Shown in pieces: positions 17,194-26,758 of a DNA stretch of 49,438 nucleotides. Both the position numbers and the translations under genes were made by a program. Source of the DNA: Collinsella aerofaciens. GTDB taxonomy: Bacteria > Actinomycetota > Coriobacteriia > Coriobacteriales > Coriobacteriaceae. The stretch covers positions 1 through 49,438 of the forward strand of contig JAUUSS010000001.1 of the NCBI GenBank assembly GCA_030841765.1, given 5' to 3'. Below the pieces are notes generated by a model, which had not been told where the DNA came from, ran no database searches, and saw only the letters and a list, made by a program, of their open reading frames with translations. The stretch's first letter is position 1; the number at the start of each line of letters is the position of its first letter.

Positions 17194-18066
17194 ATGGCAG
17201 CCTATCCTATAAGCGTGCTCGGCTTTGGAGACAACGTTGTCGATAAGTACGAGCATATCAAGACTATGTATCCCGGCGGCAACGCAGTCAACTTCGCCGT
17301 CTTCGCCAAGAAGCTCGGTGTCGATCGCAGCGCCTACATGGGAATCTTCGGATCAGATGAGGAGGCCGAGCACGTTATAGCATCGCTTGAGGACGAGGGC
17401 GTCGAGCTTCTTCGCTGCCAGCAGGTCCTGGGCGTCAACGGCGCCGCTCGCGTGACCGTTGACAAGACCGGGGACCGTATCTTCCTGGGCTCCAATGAAG
17501 GCGGCATACGTGGCGACATGCGCTACGTGATAGACCGCTTCGCCGCCGAGTACGTCAGCGGCTTCGATTTGGTGCACAGCGGCAACTACTGCTTCACCGA
17601 GCGCGAGCTCCCCAAGATCAAGGCTGCCGGTGTGCCTATCAGCTTCGACTTCTCCGATGACTCCACCGACGAGTACTTCGAGCAGATTGCGCCATTTGTG
17701 ACGTACGCCTTTATGTCCATGGGCGACGCTTCCCTGGAGGATATCAAGGCGAAGCTCGAGTGGGTGAAGGCCCTTGGCCCTCAAATCGTATGCGCGTCGC
17801 GCGGGAGCAAGGGTTCCGTCGCCTATGACGGCGAAAACTTCTACGAGCAGGGCATCAAGCCCGTGGCGCCCGAGGAGCTCAAAGACGCTATGGCGGCCGG
17901 CGATTCACTGCTGACGGCGTTTTTGGTCACCTATCTTTCCAAGAAGAAGGCCGGCGAGTGCGGCGAGGCCGCAATTCGCGAGAGCTTGGACTTCGCTGCC
18001 GGTTTTGCGGCGCAGACCTGCAAGATCGAGGGCAGTTGGGGCCACCCGCTGGTCTACGAGAACTAG
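17194..18066 (+). CDS. frlD: Fructoselysine 6-kinase (PfkB family)
   Basis: GFGDNVVDKY..YPGGNAVNFAV, ISFDFSD, DAMAAGDS. Confidence 0.88.
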   Translation: MAAYPISVLGFGDNVVDKYEHIKTMYPGGNAVNFAVFAKKLGVDRSAYMGIFGSDEEAEHVIASLEDEGVELLRCQQVLGVNGAARVTVDKTGDRIFLGSNEGGIRGDMRYVIDRFAAEYVSGFDLVHSGNYCFTERELPKIKAAGVPISFDFSDDSTDEYFEQIAPFVTYAFMSMGDASLEDIKAKLEWVKALGPQIVCASRGSKGSVAYDGENFYEQGIKPVAPEELKDAMAAGDSLLTAFLVTYLSKKKAGECGEAAIRESLDFAAGFAAQTCKIEGSWGHPLVYEN

Positions 18067-18415
18067 TTTTTTGTCGTGGCGGGGTGTCTTGGGGCGCCCC
18101 GCATTGCGTTGGGAGTCAAGATGTCCGTTCGTGCCTGCGCGGCAGGATTTTGCTGTGCCGATGTCTACCAGAATCTGGATCCCCTGGGTTGCATCCAAGG
18201 GGGCCTCTCAGGAGCGCTTCGAGGGGTGCTTCTTGAGTATATGAAGGCAAAAGGGATATGCAATCTTCATATACGGCCTTCTTTTAGAGGGCGTTGTCCT
18301 TACTCTTTCATCTCCTTGCTTCTGGACATTTTGTCTATAGGCAAGAGTCCATGGTCGAGACCATGGTGAAGTTCTGCGGCTAGTAATTACTGCATCACAT
18401 ATCTGTTGTTACCTG

Positions 18416-18441
18416 AGAGGCTCGCTTTTGCGGGCCTCTTT
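18416..18441 (+). terminator. Terminator-like hairpin
   Basis: AGAGGCTCGC-tttt-GCGGGCCTCT then TT. Confidence 0.5.
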
Positions 18442-18469
18442 GCGTTGCTATGGAGCCCTGGCCTGTCGA

Positions 18470-18506
18470 TAAATAACGCGCCCGCTTGCTGGGGAGCAAG
18501 CGGGCG
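18470..18506 (-). terminator. Terminator downstream of pknB
   Basis: CGCCCGCTTGCT-gggg-AGCAAGCGGGCG (18479-18506) with T-rich tail on the minus strand. Confidence 0.65.
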
Positions 18507-18559
18507 CCGTTGAGCGAATATGTTTGCGGCCATAGCCGCTGCAGGTGATGGGTTGTCGA

Positions 18560-20506
18560 CTAGTTAGTCGTCGTGTCGGAATCGTCACCCGAGGCAGAGC
18601 CAGAAAGCGAAACCGTCAGCGTGATCGTGCTGTCGGTGGACTGCTTGCCGGTGGGGGAGACGCCCGTAACGGTGGCGTTTTCGTTGCCGCTCACGGGGTT
18701 GCCGTTCTGATCGCAGAATGCGATGTTGTAGAAACCGGCGTTGTTGAGCGCGGTGACGGCGGCGGAGATGCTCTTGCCGTACAGGTTACCCGGGACGCTG
18801 GCCTTGCCGGACTTCTTGGCGATGACGACGGTGATCGTGGCACCGGGCTTCTGCTTGCCGCTAGGGTTCCAGCTAATTACGGTGCCCTCGGTAACCGAGT
18901 CGTTTTCCTGGTAGCTCACGTCGACGCCAAAGCCAGCCATGTCGAGAGCGTTGCGTGCCTGGGCCTCGGTCATGTCGGTCAGATCGGGGACGGAGGTGGT
19001 GTCAGGACCGCTGGAGACCTTATACGAGATGGTCGTGCCCTTCTCGACTTCCTTGCCGGCATCAGTGCCCTGCTCAAAGACCTGGCCTTCGTCGGCCTCG
19101 TTGGCCTCCTCGGTTGCGTTGCCCTTCAGGCCCACGCTTGCCAGCGCGGCCTCGGCCTGGTCCTTGGTTAGGCCGACGAGCTGCGGAACCTCAACTTTCT
19201 CGGAGGGCTTGGGGCCCTTGGAGATCACCAGGTTCACCTTGGAGCCCTTGGGCTTCTTAGTGTTGCCGTTGGGGGTCTGCTCGGCAACCTTGCCCTCGTC
19301 GACATCGTCGTTATAGCTCTGGTCGACAGTTCCGACCTCAAGGCCGGCCTCCTTGATCAGCTCGATAGCGGTCTGCTGGTCCTTGTTAAGCACATCGGGC
19401 ACCGTAACCTGCTCGCCCCCAAAGAGCCCGGTGGCGAAGGCCACCACAACGCCAACCACGGCGATTGCGGCGACTACGGCGGCGATAATCTTGTTCTTGT
19501 TGGACTTGGGCTGATCGACCTCGTAGGAACCGGTGGAACCCGAGACGGCGCTGCGGGGGTTGGTCTGTCCGCTTACGCCCGATACGGGGCGAACCATAGC
19601 GCGCGTGGAGTCAGACAGCTCACGGGTCTTGGTAGCGCCCAGGTCGCCCGCGGCGCCAATGATGCGCGTGGGCTCGGAGACGTTGACGGCGCGGCCGGAC
19701 AGGTAGTTGTTGAGCACCTGGCGCAGCTCGTCTGCCGTCTGGAAGCGGTTCGCCGGGTCCTTTTCCATGCACTTGAGGATGATGCGCTCCAGATCGGCAT
19801 CGACGCCGGAGTTGACTTGGCTCGGCGGAACCGGCAGTTCGTTTACCTGCTTGAGCGCAACTGAGATGGCGTCGTCGCCGTCAAAGGGGACGCGACCGGT
19901 GGCGCACTCGTACATGACGACACCCAGCGAGTAGATATCCGAAGTGGGACCGAGGTCCTGGCCGCGCGTTTGCTCGGGGCTTACGTAGTGGGCGGTGCCC
20001 AGTACATTGTTGTCCTGCGTGAGGTGGCTGTTCTTTGCGCGCGCGATGCCAAAGTCCATGACCTTGATGTTGCCGTCAGGCAGCACCATGATGTTTTGCG
20101 GCTTAATGTCGCGGTGGATGATCTCGTGCTTGTGGGCGACCGAAAGCGCGGAGCTGATCTGCGAGCCGATCTGCGCGACCTTCTTTGGATCGAGGGCGCC
20201 GTGGCTCTTGATGCCGCTCTTAAGGTCGGTACCGCGCAGGTACTCCATGACGATGTAGTAGGTATCGCCATCCTTGCCCCAATCGTAGACGCCCACGATA
20301 TAGGGGGAGGAGAGACCTGCTGCTGCCTGGGCCTCCTGCTTAAAGCGGGCGGCGAAGGTGGCGTCGCCGGCATACTGCGGCAGCATGATCTTGACGGCAA
20401 CCGTGCGGTCGAGGACCTGATCTTGCGCACGGAAGACGGTCGCCATGCCGCCCGTTCCCACCTTATCCTTGAGGAGGTATCTTCCCCCGAGGACCCTCTG
20501 TTCCAT
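18560..20506 (-). CDS. pknB: PASTA-domain Ser/Thr protein kinase (PknB/Stk1)
   Basis: GTGGMATV, VAVKIM, HRDIKPQN, DFGIA, GTAHYVSPEQ, one TM, about four PASTA repeats. Confidence 0.96.
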   Translation of the reverse strand: MEQRVLGGRYLLKDKVGTGGMATVFRAQDQVLDRTVAVKIMLPQYAGDATFAARFKQEAQAAAGLSSPYIVGVYDWGKDGDTYYIVMEYLRGTDLKSGIKSHGALDPKKVAQIGSQISSALSVAHKHEIIHRDIKPQNIMVLPDGNIKVMDFGIARAKNSHLTQDNNVLGTAHYVSPEQTRGQDLGPTSDIYSLGVVMYECATGRVPFDGDDAISVALKQVNELPVPPSQVNSGVDADLERIILKCMEKDPANRFQTADELRQVLNNYLSGRAVNVSEPTRIIGAAGDLGATKTRELSDSTRAMVRPVSGVSGQTNPRSAVSGSTGSYEVDQPKSNKNKIIAAVVAAIAVVGVVVAFATGLFGGEQVTVPDVLNKDQQTAIELIKEAGLEVGTVDQSYNDDVDEGKVAEQTPNGNTKKPKGSKVNLVISKGPKPSEKVEVPQLVGLTKDQAEAALASVGLKGNATEEANEADEGQVFEQGTDAGKEVEKGTTISYKVSSGPDTTSVPDLTDMTEAQARNALDMAGFGVDVSYQENDSVTEGTVISWNPSGKQKPGATITVVIAKKSGKASVPGNLYGKSISAAVTALNNAGFYNIAFCDQNGNPVSGNENATVTGVSPTGKQSTDSTITLTVSLSGSASGDDSDTTTN

Positions 20507-20638
20507 TCCTGCTCCTAACTAACTTATTCGCTCAACGATGTGTGTAGTACCGAATGTGTGGCCGCTGGGGCCGTGTGGCGCGTTGCCGCTAGCTCATAGG
20601 TCGCGGCGCGCCACAAGTATCCGCTTCGATCACGGGCA

Positions 20639-23509
20639 TCACGCTCCTTGGGCGGCAAGTGCCGCGGTCAGGACGATGCCGGCGATCTTGGCTGCCTTGA
20701 CGTCGTGTTTGTCGTAATCCTCCAAGGCCACCGAGATGGCGACCGTGGGTGAATCGTAAGGTGCGAAGCCGACGAACATCGAGTTGACGTTGGTGCCGCC
20801 GATCTCGGCCGATCCGGTCTTGCCGGCGACCTTGACGCCCGGAATCTGGGCATCGGTGCCGGTGCCGGACTGGACAACCGCGAGCATGGCCTGCTTGACC
20901 TGATCGGCCGTGGTGGCGCTGACGGCCTGGCCGAGCGAGCGGGATTGCGTGGTCTTGACCACGGTTCCGTCGGGGGCGAGCACCTGGGCCACGAAGAACG
21001 GGTCCATGACCACGCCGCTGTTGGCGATGGCCGCCGCTATCACGCAGTTTTGCATGACGGTGGTCTGCGGACCTGGCGTGTGGTCCATGCCGACAGGCTG
21101 GCCGGCGCCTGCCCAGGCGGTCTCCCACTCGGTCATAAGCGACGGGTCGGCCATGATGGAAGCTGCGGTGGTCAGATCCTGACCGAGCTTTTGACCGTAG
21201 CCAAAGGCGTTGGCAAACTGGACGAGCGAGTTGGCGCCAATCTCGTTTGCCACCTGGCCAAAGACGACGTTGGACGACACGGCGAAGGCCTGCTGCAGGC
21301 TGATGGTGCCGTAGCTCTCGTTGGCATAGTTGGTGACCGGCGCGTTGCCAATATCCATGGAGCCGGGCGCCTGGTACGTGCTGGTAAGGCTGGCGGTGCC
21401 GGTCTCGAGCGCCGCGGAGAGTGTGACGACCTTAAAGGTCGAACCCGGGGTGTACAGCGCGTCCATGGCACGATCGTACATGGAGCCGTCCTCGCCGCCG
21501 CCCGACTGGAGCAGCGCATCGATGTTGGTGTTGTCATAGGTGGGCGAGCTTGCGCACGCAAGGACCGCACCGGTGCGCGGATCCATGACCACCACAGCGC
21601 CCTTAAAGCCCTTGAGCGCCTGCTCGGCGGCCGTCTGGATGCGCGAGTCGATGGTGAGCTTGGCGGTATTGCCCGGCTGGGTCTGCCCCGCGAGCGACGC
21701 GATGGCGTTGTTCCAGCTGGAGTAATCCTTGGAGCCGGTGAGCGTATCGTTCATGACGCTCTCGATGCCGGCGGTGCCGTATTGCTGGCTCACGTAGCCC
21801 ACCACGTGCGCGGCCATGTTGCCGTTGGGGTAGGAGCGGGCGTAGGTGCCGTCCTCCTGCTGCAGCGACTCGGCTAGTGTCACGCCGTCGGACGTGATGA
21901 TGGAGCCACGCTGGATGTACTTGGAGCGGGCGATGGTGTGGTTGTTGGTCGGCATGTCCTGGTAGTCCTTCGCCTTGATGACCTGGACATAGGTGAGGTT
22001 GCCGATAAGGATGGCGAACAGCGCCGTGAAGGCAAACACGGCACGAGTCAGACGGTTGGCAAGCGCCACGCGGCCGAGCACGCCGGACTCTGGAGTGTCG
22101 AGCAGGCGACGACGCATGCGAGAACCCGCGGAGTGGTTGCCGTGGCTGTAGGAAGGTGCGCTGGCAAAACGCGTACCGGTCGGGGCAGCGGCGGATGCGA
22201 CCTGGTCATCGGTGATGGCGGCCATGGTGCCGGTGCCGGTGAGCTCGGCCTCGCGTCCGGTCGCCTCGTCACCGGCACGTAGCAGGAGTGCGACGATGAT
22301 AAAGCTTGCCAGCAGCGAGGAGCCGCCCTGGCTCATAAAGGGCAGGGTGACGCCGGTCAGCGGGATCAGGCGGGTTACGCCGCCAACGATCAAGAAGGCC
22401 TGGAAGCTGATGGCTGCCGTAAGACCGGTGGCGCTAAAGGCGGCAAGGTCGGACTTTGCGCGGGCAGCTGTGGTCAGGCCACGCACGGCAAAGAGCATAA
22501 ACAGGATGAGCACGGCGCCGCCGCCCAAAAGGCCCATCTCCTCGCCGATAGCCGAGAAGATAAAGTCGGACTCGACGACAGGGATGTTGTTGGCCATGCC
22601 GTTGCCGATGCCAACACCGACCAGACCGCCATCGGCAAGCGAGAAGAGCGACTGGACGATCTGGTAGCCCTGACCCTGGGCGTCCTTAAACGGATCGACC
22701 CAAACCTGGAAACGCACCTGAACGTGCGACAGGAACTTGTAGGCGCCCACGGCTCCAACGGCTAAGAGCGCAAGGCCGATAACGACATACGAAAAGCGCC
22801 CCGTGGCAACGTAGAGCATCAGCAAGAAGATGGTGTAGAACAGCACGGCCGAACCCAGGTCGCGTTCGAAGACGACGACGAGCAGGCACACACCCCACAC
22901 GGCAAACAACGGCAGTAGCAGTCGCAGGCGAGGGATCTTAAAGCCCAAGATCTTGCGGTTGGAGATGGAGAGCAGCTCGCGGTTCTCGGCCAGGTACCCG
23001 GCCAGGAACAGCACGATAAAGACCTTGGCGAACTCGCCGGGCTGGATGGTAAAGCCCGCGATGCGAATCCACAGCTTGGAGCCCGAGATCGTGGTGCCGA
23101 TAAAGATAGGCAGCATCAGCAGGATGATGCCGATGATGCCAAAGGTGTACTTGTAGCGCATGACCACGTCGAGGTTTTTGACTAGTGCAAGCGTTCCCAC
23201 CATGAGCGCCACCGAGACAAACAGGATGATGAGCTGTGAGATGGCGAGAGCGGGGGCGAGACGCGTCACGAACGTGATGCCGATGCCCGAAAGTATAAAT
23301 ACGATGGGCAGGATGGCGGGGTCGGCACCGGGCGCCAAGATGCGCACGGCAATGTGGGCCGCGGCAAAGGCGGCAAAGAGGCCGATCGGTACGGCGAGCG
23401 TCTCAAAGGAGATAGCGGCGCCCGCAGTGAGCACGTACATTGCATACAGCAGGATGACGGGGAACGCCGAGGCGATGAGCAAGAGCAGCTCGGTGTTGCG
23501 GCGACTCAT
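20639..23509 (-). CDS. rodA-pbpA: Fused SEDS glycosyltransferase (RodA/FtsW) - class B PBP (PbpA)
   Basis: IQPGEFAK, ERDLGS, ESDFIFSAIGEEMG, IPLTGVTLPFMSQGGSS, then STFK, SSN, KTG transpeptidase motifs in one ORF; GGGAG RBS favours ATG 23509. Confidence 0.92.
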   Translation of the reverse strand: MSRRNTELLLLIASAFPVILLYAMYVLTAGAAISFETLAVPIGLFAAFAAAHIAVRILAPGADPAILPIVFILSGIGITFVTRLAPALAISQLIILFVSVALMVGTLALVKNLDVVMRYKYTFGIIGIILLMLPIFIGTTISGSKLWIRIAGFTIQPGEFAKVFIVLFLAGYLAENRELLSISNRKILGFKIPRLRLLLPLFAVWGVCLLVVVFERDLGSAVLFYTIFLLMLYVATGRFSYVVIGLALLAVGAVGAYKFLSHVQVRFQVWVDPFKDAQGQGYQIVQSLFSLADGGLVGVGIGNGMANNIPVVESDFIFSAIGEEMGLLGGGAVLILFMLFAVRGLTTAARAKSDLAAFSATGLTAAISFQAFLIVGGVTRLIPLTGVTLPFMSQGGSSLLASFIIVALLLRAGDEATGREAELTGTGTMAAITDDQVASAAAPTGTRFASAPSYSHGNHSAGSRMRRRLLDTPESGVLGRVALANRLTRAVFAFTALFAILIGNLTYVQVIKAKDYQDMPTNNHTIARSKYIQRGSIITSDGVTLAESLQQEDGTYARSYPNGNMAAHVVGYVSQQYGTAGIESVMNDTLTGSKDYSSWNNAIASLAGQTQPGNTAKLTIDSRIQTAAEQALKGFKGAVVVMDPRTGAVLACASSPTYDNTNIDALLQSGGGEDGSMYDRAMDALYTPGSTFKVVTLSAALETGTASLTSTYQAPGSMDIGNAPVTNYANESYGTISLQQAFAVSSNVVFGQVANEIGANSLVQFANAFGYGQKLGQDLTTAASIMADPSLMTEWETAWAGAGQPVGMDHTPGPQTTVMQNCVIAAAIANSGVVMDPFFVAQVLAPDGTVVKTTQSRSLGQAVSATTADQVKQAMLAVVQSGTGTDAQIPGVKVAGKTGSAEIGGTNVNSMFVGFAPYDSPTVAISVALEDYDKHDVKAAKIAGIVLTAALAAQGA

Positions 23510-23525
23510 AAGCGGCACTCCCTTT

Positions 23526-25325
23526 CTAGTTCTTATCGGAGGCTTCGGCCTCGGCGGACTGTTCGGCGGTTTTCTCGGAATCTGATTCGGAGGTCGATCC
23601 CTGATTGGTGTTGTCGCGAATCGTTTGCGCGTCGATCACCTGGCGGGTCTGCTCCTCGTCGATCTGGTGGCGGTACTTGGATATCGTGTCCTGCGCATCG
23701 TCGATACTTGTTTGCGGAATGCCCGCCTTGAGGCGGTTTTGCGTGTCTTCGGGCAGGTCGGACAGCTTAATGCTGGTTTCGCTCTCGAGCCAGTGGAGCT
23801 TGAGTCCGAGCGGCTTGCCGGGCAGACCGCGCCAGACGGCGACATTGCCCTGGTAGGTACCCAGGTAGTATGAGCCGGTGACACCCGTGTAGGCCCAGAT
23901 GCCAGCTGCCAGCACAAAGACGAGGGCCAGGATGGCGGCGATAGTAATGTTGCGGCGACGCACGCGTTGCGCCTCGCGCATAACGCCATCGTCAACCAGG
24001 TCAACGACTACTACGGTCACGTTGTCGTGGCCGCCGGCGGCAAGCGCCGCGTCCACTAGGTTGTCGACGCAGATTTGCGCGGTTGAGGACTGCGTGGCGA
24101 TGTTCTCGATATCGCTATCGGGAATCATGCTCGAGAGGCCGTCGGAGCACAGGATCAGACGGTCGCCTTCTTCGATATGCAGAGTGAAGTGGTCGGCATA
24201 CATGGCGGGGTCCGAGCCCAGTGCGCGGGTGATGACCGAACGGTTGGGGTGGACGCGAGCCTCGTCTGCCGTGATCTCGCCGGCGTCCACGAGCTCCTCC
24301 ACGTAGGAGTGGTCGCGGGTCACGCGGATGAGCGTGCCCTCGTGGAGCAGATAGGCGCGAGAGTCGCCCACGTGGGCGATGGCGAGCGTGTCGTTTTCGA
24401 TGTAGGCGCAGGTGACTGTGCAGCCCATGCCGGGCTTGCCCAGGCCGTTCAGGGCCGCCTCGATTACGGCGGCGTTGGCTGCCTCGACGGCTGCGGCCAG
24501 GCGTGCTGCGTCGGCGGACTGTGGGGCCGTCTTGGCAATAGTCTCGACGGCGATGGAAGAGGCTACCTCGCCGGCAGCGTGACCACCCATGCCGTCGCAT
24601 ACGCAAAAGAGCGGCGACTGCACCAGGTAGGAATCCTCATTGTGCGGGCGCACGCAGCCAACGTCGGAGCGGGCGCCCCACATAAGTTGCGTGGTGGTGC
24701 CGGCATCATAGGTCGAGTCGGTCTCGATGCGCTCCTCGGTCAGGGGCTCAAAGCTCATGGTCGAGCCGGGGTCTTTGAGCTTGGCCTCAACGGCGGCAAC
24801 GTCGATTTCGGCGGTGTCACCGGGAGAGACGGTGTCGGTCACGGCGTTTGATTCGGAATCACCGGTGTCCGGGGAGTCGGGCTCCTCGGACACGCGGGCG
24901 GTCGACTCGTCGTCTTGCGGGCTGACGTCTATAGGCTCGGGCGCCGGCGTAGACGCGGGCGCAACCTCGGACGCCGGGGCCATGGGAAACGCCGGCGCGG
25001 CGGGCTCGGGTGCCGCAAACACCGCAGCGCTCTCGTTGATTGCCGCGGCGACGGGCTCTGCAAAGTGAGCCGGCGCCGGGGTTGCTTCGGGCGCTGTGGG
25101 CTGTTCCGCAGCATGTGCGCCGATGGGCGCCGCTACGGCATCCTCTTCGTCCTCGTTATCGGCGAGATCCGAAATATCATGCGTTACATGCGAAAGAGGC
25201 AGGGAGAACACGGTGTCCTCGGGCTCCACGGGTGCGGAGCCTGCCGGAGCGGCGTGGGCCGGCGCAGCTGTGGTGGCGGCCGGTGCCTCGGTCATAGTTG
25301 CGGACTTGTTCTCCTCGTCGATCAT
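23526..25325 (-). CDS. pstP: PP2C-family Ser/Thr phosphatase with long N-terminal extension and C-terminal TM/extracellular domain
   Basis: SDVGCVRPHNED, VCDGMGGH, HVGDSR, CSDGL, GGHDNVT. Confidence 0.92.
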   Translation of the reverse strand: MIDEENKSATMTEAPAATTAAPAHAAPAGSAPVEPEDTVFSLPLSHVTHDISDLADNEDEEDAVAAPIGAHAAEQPTAPEATPAPAHFAEPVAAAINESAAVFAAPEPAAPAFPMAPASEVAPASTPAPEPIDVSPQDDESTARVSEEPDSPDTGDSESNAVTDTVSPGDTAEIDVAAVEAKLKDPGSTMSFEPLTEERIETDSTYDAGTTTQLMWGARSDVGCVRPHNEDSYLVQSPLFCVCDGMGGHAAGEVASSIAVETIAKTAPQSADAARLAAAVEAANAAVIEAALNGLGKPGMGCTVTCAYIENDTLAIAHVGDSRAYLLHEGTLIRVTRDHSYVEELVDAGEITADEARVHPNRSVITRALGSDPAMYADHFTLHIEEGDRLILCSDGLSSMIPDSDIENIATQSSTAQICVDNLVDAALAAGGHDNVTVVVVDLVDDGVMREAQRVRRRNITIAAILALVFVLAAGIWAYTGVTGSYYLGTYQGNVAVWRGLPGKPLGLKLHWLESETSIKLSDLPEDTQNRLKAGIPQTSIDDAQDTISKYRHQIDEEQTRQVIDAQTIRDNTNQGSTSESDSEKTAEQSAEAEASDKN

Positions 25326-25738
25326 CGACGGTTCACCTTCATGACCACGTCGCCAATCTGGACTTCGTCGCCCTCGCGCAGCGTTGCGGGCTCCACGAGC
25401 TGGCGGCCGTTGACGAGCGTGCCGTTAAGCGAGTTGAGGTCCTCGATGATGAGTGCCGGGCCCTGCAGCGAAAAGCGCGCATGCGAGGCCGAGACGAACG
25501 GTTCGTTGATGCAGATGTCCGAAGATGGCGAGCGACCGACGATGACGGGGCCGAGCATGTCTACGTGGATGCCGCGGATACCGCGCGGACCCTTGTCCAC
25601 ATCGATCGTCCAAATGGCCGAGTCGCGGCGCTGCCCGCGCACAAGTCCCACGCCGGTCTTCATGACGGCGAACAGGAAGATATAGAGCAGGGCGACCAGG
25701 ACGATGCGGCCTGCAAAAAGGACGATATCGATGTTCAT
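25322..25738 (-). CDS. fhaB: Membrane-anchored FHA protein (FhaB/FipA-like)
   Basis: N-terminal TM; VGR, VSASHA, DLNSLNGT. Confidence 0.88.
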   Translation of the reverse strand: MNIDIVLFAGRIVLVALLYIFLFAVMKTGVGLVRGQRRDSAIWTIDVDKGPRGIRGIHVDMLGPVIVGRSPSSDICINEPFVSASHARFSLQGPALIIEDLNSLNGTLVNGRQLVEPATLREGDEVQIGDVVMKVNRR

Positions 25739-25744
25739 AAGCGA

Positions 25745-26758
25745 CTATCCCCTAAATTCAAAGGTGCTCAGGCCAAACGTCAGCAGATCGCCGTTGCGCA
25801 GCGGGCAGCGCGTAATGCGGCGGTTGTTGACGAGCGTGCCGTTGGTGGAATTGAGGTCCTCGATCGACCAATCCGAGCCCGTAAAGGTGAGCTGGGCGTG
25901 GCGGCGCGACACGTTGGGGTCGCGCAGGGCAATGTCGGAAACTGAGCGCTCGCGACCGATGGTCACCTGTGCGGAGGTGATGCTATGGCTCTCGCCGCTC
26001 ACGACGTCGACGAGCTGGGCGAGCGGGCGCTGCGGGGCGCGAGTGCTCGCCATGTTGGAGGCGATGCCGGCTGCGGCGCCTAGGCCCACGGCGGCACCGG
26101 TCGCGGCGGCTCCGCCCATGCCGGCAAGCGCGTCGCGCGAGACGGTCTGCGGCACCGGGATGGGTGCGGCGGCGGGGTCGGGGACGCTAGGCGCGAAGGG
26201 GTCTGCCACGGCAAGCGGGTCGGGAGCGGCGGCGCGAGGCGTCGGCTGCTGCTGGGGCATGGCGGCGGGGCGCTGCTGCTGCGGGGCAGCAAACTGCTGC
26301 TGGCCGGCGCGCGGGGCGCTGGCGGCACGGCTTGCCGCGGAGTTGTTCTGGCCCAGGCCGTTTTGATAGGCGCGCTCTTCTTCGTACAGGCGGCCGAGCG
26401 TGGGGGCATCGACGTTCTCGGCAAAGACCGAGAACTTGCCGGCGCGCAGCTGCGGATCGATCATAAAGCGCACGAGGGGCTCGCCGACAAAGACATAGCG
26501 GCGCTTTTCGGCCTGCGCCTTCACAAACTCGCGGACCTCGCGCGAAAGCTCGGGGTAGAACGGGGCGAGCATGGGATCGTCGTCGGCGGCGATAAGGATG
26601 GTATAGAGTGCCGGCGCCGTGTTGACGCCGTTGATCACCAGAGTCTGATCCTCCATGTCGCGAGCGGCCTGCTTGGCAAGCTTCTTAAAGGAGAACGGGG
26701 CACGGGTGGCACCGAAGATGCCGGCCACGTGGTCCTCGAAGATGTTCAGGAAGTTCAC
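25745..26758 (-). CDS. fhaA: FhaA-like protein (DUF3662 + linker + FHA)
   Basis: N-terminal FhaA-like domain, Pro/Ala/Gln linker, IGR..VSRRHA..DLNSTNGT; GTG start overlaps upstream stop. Confidence 0.88.
   Translation of the reverse strand: MNFLNIFEDHVAGIFGATRAPFSFKKLAKQAARDMEDQTLVINGVNTAPALYTILIAADDDPMLAPFYPELSREVREFVKAQAEKRRYVFVGEPLVRFMIDPQLRAGKFSVFAENVDAPTLGRLYEEERAYQNGLGQNNSAASRAASAPRAGQQQFAAPQQQRPAAMPQQQPTPRAAAPDPLAVADPFAPSVPDPAAAPIPVPQTVSRDALAGMGGAAATGAAVGLGAAAGIASNMASTRAPQRPLAQLVDVVSGESHSITSAQVTIGRERSVSDIALRDPNVSRRHAQLTFTGSDWSIEDLNSTNGTLVNNRRITRCPLRNGDLLTFGLSTFEFRG

Noticed and set aside
18066..18540. attR copy of the tRNA 3' end, and ORF 18076-18369
   Set aside because: No duplicate of TTCGAATCCGCCCGGGGGCACCA was seen; the ORF has no RBS or recognisable motif
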